NCBI GenBank assembly: GCA_021801765.1
Contig: JAJYXO010000029.1
Location: 1 to 45,435, forward strand
DNA from: Candidatus Micrarchaeota archaeon
Lineage (GTDB): Archaea; Micrarchaeota; Micrarchaeia; Micrarchaeales; CABMGC01
Reading direction: 5' to 3'
DNA length: 45,435 nucleotides
Shown here: piece after piece, positions 18,177 through 27,864 of the stretch
How positions within the stretch are numbered: position 1 is the first letter of the stretch
Layout: the number at the start of each line of letters is the position of its first letter
Made by a program: the position numbers and the translations under genes
The notes under the pieces: model-generated
Database searches by the model: none
Told to the model about the DNA's origin: nothing
What the model saw: the letters and a program-made list of their open reading frames with translations, nothing else

Positions 18177-19259
18177 ATGCTTCAATACGATGGGTTTCTA
18201 TCCGGCTCTAGGAGGATATCTAGATTGATCTGCATGCCTACATTTGCAAAGCCTGAAACAGGAAAAAATGAAAGAAGTTCCGCTGATAAGATATATCTTG
18301 GCAAGACCTCTATCCTTTCCATCCCGTTCTTCCTTGACTTCGATTCTACATTCAATCCTCATGTATTGATAGCAGGAACAAGCGGCAGCGGAAAAACCTT
18401 CACAATTAAAAGCATTATGGCAAAATTAGGGCTAATCTGCAACTCCTCTATTATTTCATTAGATTTTACCGGGGAATATGCAAGCGTTGCAAAACTAATC
18501 TCCGCTTCTAGCAAAATAGAGGATTGCATAGATGGCTCAGTGTATATAAACCTGAAGAGTTTGCCTGATATGAAAATTGCAGAGGAGATAAATAGTGTAT
18601 TGGCAGAGCTTACTTCAATAATGAAAAGCAGGCGGCAACCTGCAAATAGGATATTTATAATTATAGACGAGGCCTGGAAATCAATCAGCGATAGCCCTTT
18701 CTTATCAAGCATAATACGCGAAGGCAGAAAATACAATATATGCATGATATTAGCCTCGCAACTTGTAAATGACATAAAGCCGCAAATGATTGCAAACATA
18801 TCCACTACATTGGCATTTAGATTGCAGGATAAGTTGGGGATACAGTGCCTCATCAAAAACTACGGATTAAAAGATGAAGCGTATACAACCTTTGGTTCGC
18901 TTCAGATAGGGAGCTGTATTGCAATACAGGCGCTTAAATCGGGCAGATGCCGCAGCCTGCTTATAGACAAAGTTGCTGGCGCTAGAGTTGATGGGTCCGC
19001 CAAATTGAAAATAGGTGAAAATGTGGTAGAAATAAAACTAGATGATCTCGAACGTATCATACGCATGATTTCAAAAACCGATCCTTCAGTATTTATCCAG
19101 AAAATTGAATCTGACGGGAGCATAACAACTGCTGAGCTTATAAATCAAATGCTCAAGTTAGGGGCAGAAAGACGAAAAATATTATCTGAATTAAGAAAAC
19201 TTAAAATCACTGACAATGAGCTATCTGACGCATTTGCATCTTCCGAGGCGCTTAAATGA
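18177..19259 (+). CDS. HerA/VirB4-like (CedB-like) P-loop ATPase
   Basis: NPHVLIAGTSGSGKT (Walker A), FIIIDEAW (Walker B), REGRKYNICMILASQ (Arg finger/motif). Confidence 0.88.
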   Translation: MLQYDGFLSGSRRISRLICMPTFAKPETGKNERSSADKIYLGKTSILSIPFFLDFDSTFNPHVLIAGTSGSGKTFTIKSIMAKLGLICNSSIISLDFTGEYASVAKLISASSKIEDCIDGSVYINLKSLPDMKIAEEINSVLAELTSIMKSRRQPANRIFIIIDEAWKSISDSPFLSSIIREGRKYNICMILASQLVNDIKPQMIANISTTLAFRLQDKLGIQCLIKNYGLKDEAYTTFGSLQIGSCIAIQALKSGRCRSLLIDKVAGARVDGSAKLKIGENVVEIKLDDLERIIRMISKTDPSVFIQKIESDGSITTAELINQMLKLGAERRKILSELRKLKITDNELSDAFASSEALK

Positions 19260-19924
19260 GGAAAAAAGGCTATTTGATAAGCAGGATAAGCATGAAGGCG
19301 AGGCTGCTAGGAAACCTAAAGAATGTAGAATCGCTAATCAACCAATACCCATACAATGAGAAAATCTCAGGCGGCAGCAGCCTCAAATACTTAATACGCG
19401 AAGATGAAAAAGCCAGCGAGCGCTTTTACATTATCGACTTTGGAAAAAGCTTCATAAATTTCTCTACATTTTCATCTACTTCGCCTCTAAACTGCATAGA
19501 AGAATCCCTTGCGAGGCTGCTAACTATTATCTCAACTCTCGGAGACAATTACGAAGTAGAGGTAAAAAACCTATTTCCATATTTGATATATGCATTAATG
19601 CGGCAGCGTCTCGTGTATTATATGGAAAATTTAAAAGAGCCAAATGATAACTCTGTCGACTTAATGCTTGCCCGTCGCATAAAACGCTTGCTCATTGAAA
19701 ACAATAAACTTAAATCTGAGCTTTCCGAGGCAAATGGAAAGCTAATGCGCATATTGACGAACCTCATAATTGCAAAATATCCTAACAACGCGAGCTTGCT
19801 TGAAATTGCAGAAAACAATGGGCTCAGCAAAAATGATGTAAATGAAGCCCTTTCCAAATTGCGGAAAAATGGTTATTTTGTAAGGCAAACTTTAGGCGGA
19901 AGATTTAGCGTGGTGAAACTATGA
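19256..19924 (+). CDS. Hypothetical protein with coiled coil and C-terminal wHTH
   Basis: LARRIKRLLIENNKLKSEL coil; SLLEIAENNGLSKNDVNEALSKLRKNGYFV HTH; ATGA overlap. Confidence 0.65.
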   Translation: MRKKGYLISRISMKARLLGNLKNVESLINQYPYNEKISGGSSLKYLIREDEKASERFYIIDFGKSFINFSTFSSTSPLNCIEESLARLLTIISTLGDNYEVEVKNLFPYLIYALMRQRLVYYMENLKEPNDNSVDLMLARRIKRLLIENNKLKSELSEANGKLMRILTNLIIAKYPNNASLLEIAENNGLSKNDVNEALSKLRKNGYFVRQTLGGRFSVVKL

Positions 19925-20400
19925 TTTTCGATTATTTAATGCGACTGTTCCCAATAGCAATCGGCGCATTTGCGGCCTATATGCTGACAAAAATAAATAT
20001 ATCCAGCAGAAAAGTGAGTATACTTCCAGGCACAAGCCCTTCTTCCTGTTCTGCCGAAGAGATTAGATTTGATTCAATTGACCGTAAACTGCTCCTTAGG
20101 AAATATTCTTTGGATGAACTTATAATAAATGGAAAATTCGAAACATTAAAGCCAAACATCGAATTCCTTGCGTTCTATAAGTTAGGGCTCATTGATGCAA
20201 CAAACTACAGCCCCCACCGCCGTTACATTTTCAAAAAAATAAAAAGAATCAAGATTTTCCTTATACGGAAAGAAGAGCTGTCAAACACAATGGCCTTCGG
20301 GTCTCTGTCTGGGATAATTATGGCTTATATGCTCGGGTACAAGTTAGATCTTGTATGCTCCAGTGATGCGGCAAGCCTATCTGAGATGATAAGGTGGTAG
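19921..20400 (+). CDS. Hypothetical membrane-anchored protein
   Basis: N-terminal hydrophobic helix LFPIAIGAFAAYML; overlaps both neighbours. Confidence 0.6.
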   Translation: MIFDYLMRLFPIAIGAFAAYMLTKINISSRKVSILPGTSPSSCSAEEIRFDSIDRKLLLRKYSLDELIINGKFETLKPNIEFLAFYKLGLIDATNYSPHRRYIFKKIKRIKIFLIRKEELSNTMAFGSLSGIIMAYMLGYKLDLVCSSDAASLSEMIRW

Positions 20401-22571
20401 CAATAAAAGTATTTAGAGTCGATTCGATACCTTCAAATATAAATTATAAGTTACTAATCAACTCTGCGCTTAATGAACAGTTCATGATATATCATGATTT
20501 ATCTGAATCTGAAACATTGATGCTTGCAACCAGCGAACTCGTAGCATCATTGCACAATTCTATCCCTGGTTTGTCCGTATCTGAGAAATACAAATCATTC
20601 AATCTTAGTTCCATGCGCTATTTGTCTATATACACTAAAAATAACCAGCAACCTCTATGGGATATATACAATATCCTAAAAGGCCATAGCTCTGGGCTGT
20701 TTGTATCTTTCTGCCCGTCAAATTACAAGCATGTAAAGAAAACTAAAGACCGCATAGCTGACTTTATGAGCAGGGAGGAGATACGTGTCACAAAAAGTAT
20801 TATCCCATTAGACAAAAGATCATCAGGGTCAATACAATCTGACTTGTACTATGGTTATGACAGCCGGATGGCTAATACTTCATTGTTGGAAATGCTCTCC
20901 GAATCTCTTTTCCTAAATGGCACATCCTACAAAGTTGCGATGATAATCGAAAGCTATTTAGATGAGCACCTATTTACCTATTTGAAATCCAAATTAAAGG
21001 TAATATATCAATGTGAGATTCACCCTATGTGGATTGAAAAATTATGGAAAATCGCAATTGATAAAGATGCAATACCCTTTTCTCAGGAGGCCTCCTCTTC
21101 TCTTCTCTCGTTTTCTGAAAGCACAATCAAGGAACTAGTGATAAATTCCCCTGCCAAAATTTCTAAGGCTGGAATTTTTATAGGGACTAGGATGCTTGGA
21201 GGAGTAAGTGAGACCAATGATAAGATTTGCATACCAATTCCAACCTTAAACTTAGGTGTAATAATAACCGGAGTCCCTGGGACTGGGAAGACCTTCGCAG
21301 CCATGAATATAGTAGAGCAGGTTTTACGTGCAGGCATGCGTAATATTGCAGTTATATCTCCAACTTCGGAATGGGGCAATATTGCATCAGAATGCGGTAT
21401 GAACCTTGTACGCATATCTGATCCAGCCTTGAGCCTGAACCTTTTCGGATGCAGCGACGCAAACGTATCCAGGTTCTATGAAAACCTTGCCATGCTAATT
21501 GCAAACTCCTGCAACGCAGGCCCTTATACAAACCCACTGGAAAAGTGCCTCTTGTCTGCCTTCCATAAATGTTACTCCGAAGCACTGGATCCCGATCCAA
21601 CTGAACTTTACGAGCAGATAGAGGAGGCAATTATAGAGCAACATGGGAAACGCAGCAATGCAGGTGTAAAATATACTAAGCATGGAGAGAACATACGCTC
21701 TGCGCTTGAAAGCATAAGGCTATTAATAATGAAGCGTCAATTCGCATACAATGGTGGAACTAAGATCAAAGATCTGCTTAAAAACGGAGTAATATTCGAT
21801 CTTTCTGGAGCCAGCAACAGCACCAAACCGCTTTTTTATTCGCTGATACTAAACCAAATATACTCTTACGCTGAACAGTTTGACGAGCTTGGGGACGGGG
21901 CTCTAAGAATGCTGATATGTGCGGAGGAAGCGCATCTTGTTTTTGGCAAAGCTAAAAAATCCGCGCCTTCTGTGGACCTTGGCCAGAGGATGCAAGATTT
22001 CAGGAAAAGAGGGATATGCATGATGCTAGTAACCCATAATGTGACTGACATAGATGATACACTCAGGAGATTATGTCAGATTAAAATGTATTTTAGGCAA
22101 AACTCCGATATTGCTAAGTACGCTGCAAACGATCTAATATTTTCAGAAAAGGACTTTACGGAAGTTGCTGATAAGCTCAAAACCCTAGGGCAGAGGATAT
22201 GCGCATTAAATCATATAAACCAAATTGGAACATCTAAAAACCCGACATCATCAATTTTTATGAAAGCTTCAGAACAGAATCATACACAGGCGCCAATGCC
22301 TTCTCTAGCAAACAACGAATCAAGAAATAAGACAACTATTGTTTCATTGTTTAAGGCAGACGGATCACCTGCAGCCTGCTTCAAAGCGGAGGTACGTTAT
22401 GTTCATGAAGTATTATTTTCAGGGTACACGGATGAAGCTGGTCATATAAAGTCAAATGCCATATTGGATGGGAAAAAATGCGAACTAATTATTTATGGTG
22501 AGAAAAGAAAGGATAATCGGCTATTTTACATAATCGGAGGGGAAGAATCCATAATAAAACTTAACTGCTGA
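20394..22571 (+). CDS. Second HerA/VirB4/VirD4-like (DUF87) ATPase with long N-terminal extension and beta-rich C-terminal domain
   Basis: GVIITGVPGTGKT, LICAEEAH, DFRKRGICMMLVTH, IKMYFRQ; C-terminal VSLFKADGSP...GYTDEAGHI resembles a prealbumin/Ig-like strand set. Confidence 0.85.
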   Translation: MVAIKVFRVDSIPSNINYKLLINSALNEQFMIYHDLSESETLMLATSELVASLHNSIPGLSVSEKYKSFNLSSMRYLSIYTKNNQQPLWDIYNILKGHSSGLFVSFCPSNYKHVKKTKDRIADFMSREEIRVTKSIIPLDKRSSGSIQSDLYYGYDSRMANTSLLEMLSESLFLNGTSYKVAMIIESYLDEHLFTYLKSKLKVIYQCEIHPMWIEKLWKIAIDKDAIPFSQEASSSLLSFSESTIKELVINSPAKISKAGIFIGTRMLGGVSETNDKICIPIPTLNLGVIITGVPGTGKTFAAMNIVEQVLRAGMRNIAVISPTSEWGNIASECGMNLVRISDPALSLNLFGCSDANVSRFYENLAMLIANSCNAGPYTNPLEKCLLSAFHKCYSEALDPDPTELYEQIEEAIIEQHGKRSNAGVKYTKHGENIRSALESIRLLIMKRQFAYNGGTKIKDLLKNGVIFDLSGASNSTKPLFYSLILNQIYSYAEQFDELGDGALRMLICAEEAHLVFGKAKKSAPSVDLGQRMQDFRKRGICMMLVTHNVTDIDDTLRRLCQIKMYFRQNSDIAKYAANDLIFSEKDFTEVADKLKTLGQRICALNHINQIGTSKNPTSSIFMKASEQNHTQAPMPSLANNESRNKTTIVSLFKADGSPAACFKAEVRYVHEVLFSGYTDEAGHIKSNAILDGKKCELIIYGEKRKDNRLFYIIGGEESIIKLNC

Positions 22572-22574
22572 AAA

Positions 22575-23909
22575 TCATATAAGCCCTAACCCGTTCTCAA
22601 AGTCATCTTTGCGGAACTCTGCCCCAAGCTGCTTCGTTATTGTAATTGCATCTTCCAAAGCACTCTCCAAGCATGAGCTAGCTCCTGGAGACGGAGTTAT
22701 GTTGAATATCGCCCCATCTTCAACTATCTTTCCAGCTCCAAGTATCAATGATTTCTTATCTTCATCTATTATCTGCGGCCTTATGCCGCCTACGCCATTT
22801 GCAAATTTCAGATCGCCATGCTTTATTGAAGGCACTATCTTTGCAGCCTCGTTCTTAAGGAATGAGTGCTTACCGAAGAAAGGAATATCATAAATGGCAT
22901 TTCTGCCGAGGATTCTGCGTATATCTTTGTCTGAAAAGATATTCCAAAGGCTCTCGAGCGTTTTAATGTCAAAATCAAAAGTCCTTAGATAATCCAATAT
23001 AGTATCACTATGTCTGCGCTCAAGCTGTATCCCTACCGTGACTGTAGGCCCGAATCTTGTTATGTTAGGGTTGGTAATATCCGGATCTCCATGTACGGCT
23101 GCAAATGGTATCCCGCCTATCTGCACCCTGTAGACTTTCCCATTCAGCACCTTTGGAGTATAATAAAAATTTCCGCCAATCGATAGCACCGATAGGTTCC
23201 TATCATATCCAAGTGATTTTGCAAAAAAGAGGCTATATGCGCCAGTGGCGAAGACTACGAACCTTGTCTTGTAACTCTCATTTCCAGACCATAGCACATA
23301 TAATTCCCCTCTCCTTTCAACTGAATCTATCTTCACCCCTTTAAGTACATCCGCCCTCCCATTGCTGCCGCCTACCGCTCCGTTTGCAAATGATGTAGCA
23401 AGCTTTCCGAAATCTACCATGTATCCTTTATCTGAGAGAAGGGCTGCAAGTTTATCACCTGTCTTCCTACCTTTTACTACGTTTGGCTCAATCTTTCCTA
23501 CTCCCTCGCTGTCTATCCTTATCAACCCAGGGAAGAGTTCCTTCAGCCACTTGCTGTACATCTTGTCTATGAGTTCTACCTCATCTTCTCCCACTGCGAG
23601 TACCATCTTCTGACAACCGCGTATCATCTCCTCTTTGACGGCCTTCGGCAGCGCTTCTGTGTAGCGCAAAAGCCTCTCCGCTGCCTTCTTTGTCTTTTTG
23701 GCATGCTCTTCTGAATAGTTAGTTTCTATGTCTCCAAAATGCAATGTTTGAGAGTTATTGCTGCTGTTTGAGTTGAGCAGCGCGAAATCGTCGTATTTCT
23801 CAACAAGCAGTATCTTCCTTATGTCTGTATATCTGCTTAGAACATAGAGCAAAGAGGTCCCCGTGACGCCCCCGCCTACTATAATTACATCGTACTCATG
23901 TGTCAACAA
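22575..23909 (-). CDS. mqo: FAD-dependent oxidoreductase, probably malate:quinone oxidoreductase (Campylobacterota-like type)
   Basis: IVGGGVTG Rossmann motif, NNSQTLHFGDIETNY, PFAAVHGDPD, GGIRPQ, FNITPSPGASSCL; lies downstream of acnA-icd. Confidence 0.78.
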   Translation of the reverse strand: MLTHEYDVIIVGGGVTGTSLLYVLSRYTDIRKILLVEKYDDFALLNSNSSNNSQTLHFGDIETNYSEEHAKKTKKAAERLLRYTEALPKAVKEEMIRGCQKMVLAVGEDEVELIDKMYSKWLKELFPGLIRIDSEGVGKIEPNVVKGRKTGDKLAALLSDKGYMVDFGKLATSFANGAVGGSNGRADVLKGVKIDSVERRGELYVLWSGNESYKTRFVVFATGAYSLFFAKSLGYDRNLSVLSIGGNFYYTPKVLNGKVYRVQIGGIPFAAVHGDPDITNPNITRFGPTVTVGIQLERRHSDTILDYLRTFDFDIKTLESLWNIFSDKDIRRILGRNAIYDIPFFGKHSFLKNEAAKIVPSIKHGDLKFANGVGGIRPQIIDEDKKSLILGAGKIVEDGAIFNITPSPGASSCLESALEDAITITKQLGAEFRKDDFENGLGLI

Positions 23910-23976
23910 ATAACCTTTAACTTATTCAATGATTAATATTCAAAAAGAGGGTTTTTATTACGGACATGCGGCCCAC

Positions 23977-25038
23977 TTAACGCGCGCTTGGCATCTTCGA
24001 CATAGCGGGATCATCATTCGCTATTCTAACTGCTATCGCCTTTCCGACCTCTGAGCACCGCGATTCTCCGCCTATATCATAAGTCCTGTATCCATCACCT
24101 ATGGCTCCCTCTACCGCTGCAAGCATCGCCTTCCCAGCCTCATCATATCCCATCCACTCGTACATCATCTTCAGCGAAAGTATGCTTGCTATGGGATTCA
24201 TCTTATTCATGCCAGTATACTTAGGCGCAGATCCATGCACAGGTTCGAACATTGCATATCCCTCTCCTATATTTGCCGAGGGTCCTACGCCTACGCCACC
24301 TACTATCTCAGCAGCCTCGTCAGAGAGTATATCTCCAAAAAGATTCTCCGTAACGATCACGTCGTAATTTACAGGGCTCTTTATTAGCCACTGTGCCATC
24401 GCATCTACATGTGCATCATCAACCTTTACCATTCTGTACTTCTTATCAGTTGCCTCCTCCATTATGGACTCCTTGAAGAGGCCGTCTGTTTCCTTAAGTA
24501 TGTTTCCCTTGTGCACTATTGTAAGGTGCTTCTTTCTCCTTGCCGCCATATCAAGCGCAAACCTACCTACCTTTCTACTAGCCTCCCTTGTTACCAACCT
24601 CATGCCAATTGCAGTATCGTCATTCACTCTAACATCGAATCCAGAATACATTCCCTCTGTATTTTCCCTTACTATGACCATATCCACCTGATCCTTGATT
24701 CCCTTAACCCCTGCGAGGCTCTTTGCAGGCCTTACGTTGGCATATAGCTTAAATGCCTTCCTTATCTTCACAGCCGCGCTTGTCTCAGATCCCTGGCCCT
24801 CCGGGGTAGTCATCGGCCCCTTTATTACGCAGTCGCTCTTTTTCAAAAGCCTCAAAGTGGCATCAGGTAGGTTTGTTCCGAGTCTCCTTATACAATTGTA
24901 TCCTGCTTTTCCCTCAGTAAACCTCATAGTTATTCCAAATCTCCTATTCACTGCCTTTGCAACAATTAGTGCCGCACCTATTACCTCGGGGCCTGTTCCA
25001 TCCCCTCGCAATACAGCTACAGACCATCTATCTTTCAT
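23977..25038 (-). CDS. icd: Isocitrate/isopropylmalate dehydrogenase family, probably isocitrate dehydrogenase
   Basis: GDGTGPEV, KGPMTTP, LYANVRP, VRENTEGMY, HKGNILK, NLFGDILSD, FEPVHGSAPK; ATGA-coupled to acnA. Substrate inferred from context. Confidence 0.75.
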   Translation of the reverse strand: MKDRWSVAVLRGDGTGPEVIGAALIVAKAVNRRFGITMRFTEGKAGYNCIRRLGTNLPDATLRLLKKSDCVIKGPMTTPEGQGSETSAAVKIRKAFKLYANVRPAKSLAGVKGIKDQVDMVIVRENTEGMYSGFDVRVNDDTAIGMRLVTREASRKVGRFALDMAARRKKHLTIVHKGNILKETDGLFKESIMEEATDKKYRMVKVDDAHVDAMAQWLIKSPVNYDVIVTENLFGDILSDEAAEIVGGVGVGPSANIGEGYAMFEPVHGSAPKYTGMNKMNPIASILSLKMMYEWMGYDEAGKAMLAAVEGAIGDGYRTYDIGGESRCSEVGKAIAVRIANDDPAMSKMPSAR

Positions 25039-27812
25039 CTTCCCCCCTTAAGCATCTTATTCAGCACGTAGTTAAGTATCCCTCCGTGTTTATAGTACTC
25101 AACTTCAAGCTCCGAGTCTAGCCTTACTGCCACCTCAGCCCTGGCGATCCTTCCGCCCTTCTTTCTGAAAATCATCCTTGCAGGCATATTTGGCCTTATG
25201 GCCCCGTCGAGTTCTATCGAGATCTCGCCTGAAGGGTCGATTGCCAGTTCATCAGCGCCGTCTCCTTCGGCGAACTGCAGAGGAAGTATGCCCATACCTA
25301 TGAGGTTAGACCTATGTATCCTCTCAAAGCTCTTGGCGATGATCGCCTTGACTCCAAGCAACATGGGCCCTTTAGCTGCCCAATCTCTGGAGCTGCCTGA
25401 TCCATACTCCTTTCCTGCAATGACAATAAGGCTTACGCGCTCTCTCTTGTATTTCATTGCCGCATCAAATATGCTCATCTTCGCTCCATCTGTGAAATGC
25501 AGCGTGTATCCACCTTCATCCTCCACTATCATGTTCCTTATCCTGTCGTTTGCGAATGTTCCTCTCATCATAATTTCGTGGTTCCCTCTCCTTGATCCAT
25601 AAGTATTGAAATCTTGTTCTCTGACACCATGCTCTTTAAGATATCTGCCTGCAGGGCTCTTCGGGCTTATCTCTCCAGCAGGCGATATATGGTCTGTAGA
25701 GACAGAATCTCCAAAAACTGCAAGAACGCGTGCGCCTCTTATACCGCTATTTGGGATAAACATTGCTCCTTCAGAGAAGAACGGAGGCCTGCGTATATAA
25801 CTGCTATCTTTATCCCACGAATAGAGACTGCTTGCATTCCCCTTCAATGCATTCCAATATTTATTTACCTTAAAAATCCCTTCTCCATACTCCTTCCTGA
25901 AGAGATCCTTCTTGACCACCTTGCTTATCACTTCGTCTATCTCCTTCTTCCTAGGCCAGATATCCTTCAAATAAACCTCTTTTTCACCCTTGCCAACGCC
26001 TAGTGGCTCTTTTGTAAGGTCCTTTAGCACTGTGCCTGCTATTGCAAAGGCTATCAGCAGAGGAGGAGACATAAGATAGTTTGCCCTTATATCCTTGTGT
26101 ATCCTTGCTTGGTAATTCCTGTTCCCAGAAAGCACCGCTGCAACTGCGAGGCCATTGTTGTTTATTGCATCGCTCTGCCCTTCTATCAAAGGCCCGCTAT
26201 TTCCTATGCATGTTATGCATCCGTATCCTACAAGGTTATATCCTAACCTAGAGAGCGGCTCTATAAGCTTGGCAGCCTCTAGATATCTTGTCACAACTCT
26301 AGACCCCGGCCCAAGGCTTGTTTTCACCTTCCCATTGTCTACGCGCAGCCCTAATTCAACTGCTTTTTTCGCCAGCAATCCTGCTGCTATCATTACCGAA
26401 GGGTTGCTCGTGTTTGTGCAGCTGGTTATCGAAGAGATTACCACGTCGCCGTCAGAGAGAGTCCTTATCTCTCCTCTTCCACTCTTCAATTTCACGCTCT
26501 TTATTTTGTTGTGCTTAAGAGAACCCTTTATTTTGCCATCATCTGCTGCCATGCTTTCTGATGCCCACCTCACATAGTCGGAGCTACTTATCTTGCCTTC
26601 TCCTTTTCCTTCTCCTATAAACTCATCGATGAAATTGCCCCTTATCTCTTCAAGCGGTATCCTCTGTTTAGGCTGGCTTGGCCCTGAAACGCTGGCTCTG
26701 ACACTCTCCAAATCAATCTCCATGGTATCGCTAAAGTCGACCTTGTCATATCTTATCTTCATCATTCCTTGCAGGCTGTAATATCTCTTTACAAGCTCTA
26801 TCTGCTCCTTCGGCCTGCATGTTAAATTCATATACCTCAAAGTCTCTTCATCAATAGGAAATATCGCTACTGTGGCTCCGTATTCAGGGCACATGTTAGA
26901 AAGTGTTGCCCTGTCCGGGAGGCTCAATGATTTCACTCCCTCTCCAAAGAATTCGACGAACATGTTTACTACGCCTTTCTCCCTCAGCATTCTTGTAAGC
27001 GTCAATGCAAAATCCGTTGCCGTAACTCCTTCCCTGAGCTCTCCCTCCAGTTTCACTCCAAGAACCCTGGGAGTGACAAATGGCACAGGCTGGTTAAGCA
27101 ACGCAGCCTCAGCTTCGATTCCTCCTACCCCGAAGCCGAGAACTCCAAGCGCATTAACCATTGTTGTATGTGAATCTGTCCCTACTAGCGTATCAGGGAA
27201 CGCTGTAAGCCCGTCTTTTGTTTTCCTCAAAACCACGACTTTCGCCAAATATTCTAGGTTTATCTGGTGGCAGATGCCCGCCGAAGGAGGAAAGACCCTG
27301 AAATTCTTCATGCTGCCGCTAGCCCACTTCAGTAGCGAGTATCTCTCATTGTTCCTTGAGATCTCCCTCGCTTGGTTAATCGCAATGGAATCTGCAGATC
27401 CGAATGAATCTACCTGCACAGAATGATCTATTATCAAGTCTACTGGCACAACAGGTTCTATTAGCTCTGCTGAACCACCTCTCTCAACAATCTCATTCCT
27501 CATTGCAGCTAGATCCACTATCGCAGGCACTCCTGTGAAATCCTGCATAAGTATCCTGGAAACTTTGAACGGGATTTCTCTCTCCTTAGGGTTTTTTGCA
27601 TTCCACCCTGCAAGCTCTATTGCATCAGCCTCAACGATTCCCTCCTCGCCTATGTTCCTGATCAACGATTCTAATACTACTCGAATTGAGAATGGCAACC
27701 TTGAGGCATCAATGCCCAATCTCCTCAGCTTAGGAAGAGAATAATACTTGATTTTCTTTCCGCCAAGCGAGAAGCTTGATGAACTGTAGCTGAAGATCTC
27801 AGAATCTCCCAT
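25035..27812 (-). CDS. acnA: Aconitate hydratase A
   Basis: RILMQDFTGVPA, IDHSVQVD, GTDSHT, SCTNTSNP, GYGCITCIGNSG, YGSGSSRDWAAKG. Confidence 0.97.
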   Translation of the reverse strand: MGDSEIFSYSSSSFSLGGKKIKYYSLPKLRRLGIDASRLPFSIRVVLESLIRNIGEEGIVEADAIELAGWNAKNPKEREIPFKVSRILMQDFTGVPAIVDLAAMRNEIVERGGSAELIEPVVPVDLIIDHSVQVDSFGSADSIAINQAREISRNNERYSLLKWASGSMKNFRVFPPSAGICHQINLEYLAKVVVLRKTKDGLTAFPDTLVGTDSHTTMVNALGVLGFGVGGIEAEAALLNQPVPFVTPRVLGVKLEGELREGVTATDFALTLTRMLREKGVVNMFVEFFGEGVKSLSLPDRATLSNMCPEYGATVAIFPIDEETLRYMNLTCRPKEQIELVKRYYSLQGMMKIRYDKVDFSDTMEIDLESVRASVSGPSQPKQRIPLEEIRGNFIDEFIGEGKGEGKISSSDYVRWASESMAADDGKIKGSLKHNKIKSVKLKSGRGEIRTLSDGDVVISSITSCTNTSNPSVMIAAGLLAKKAVELGLRVDNGKVKTSLGPGSRVVTRYLEAAKLIEPLSRLGYNLVGYGCITCIGNSGPLIEGQSDAINNNGLAVAAVLSGNRNYQARIHKDIRANYLMSPPLLIAFAIAGTVLKDLTKEPLGVGKGEKEVYLKDIWPRKKEIDEVISKVVKKDLFRKEYGEGIFKVNKYWNALKGNASSLYSWDKDSSYIRRPPFFSEGAMFIPNSGIRGARVLAVFGDSVSTDHISPAGEISPKSPAGRYLKEHGVREQDFNTYGSRRGNHEIMMRGTFANDRIRNMIVEDEGGYTLHFTDGAKMSIFDAAMKYKRERVSLIVIAGKEYGSGSSRDWAAKGPMLLGVKAIIAKSFERIHRSNLIGMGILPLQFAEGDGADELAIDPSGEISIELDGAIRPNMPARMIFRKKGGRIARAEVAVRLDSELEVEYYKHGGILNYVLNKMLKGGR

Positions 27813-27864
27813 AAACAGAGAATGAACTGTAAAATTCTTAAGCGTATACTTGGAATGTAATCAT

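Noticed and set aside
16037..22571. Operon as an integrated conjugative element or as HerA-NurA repair / HerA defence locus
   Set aside because: No integrase, relaxase, att repeats or adjacent tRNA, and no nurA, mre11, rad50 or Sir2 partner; the pilin and polytopic membrane genes favour a domesticated transfer system.
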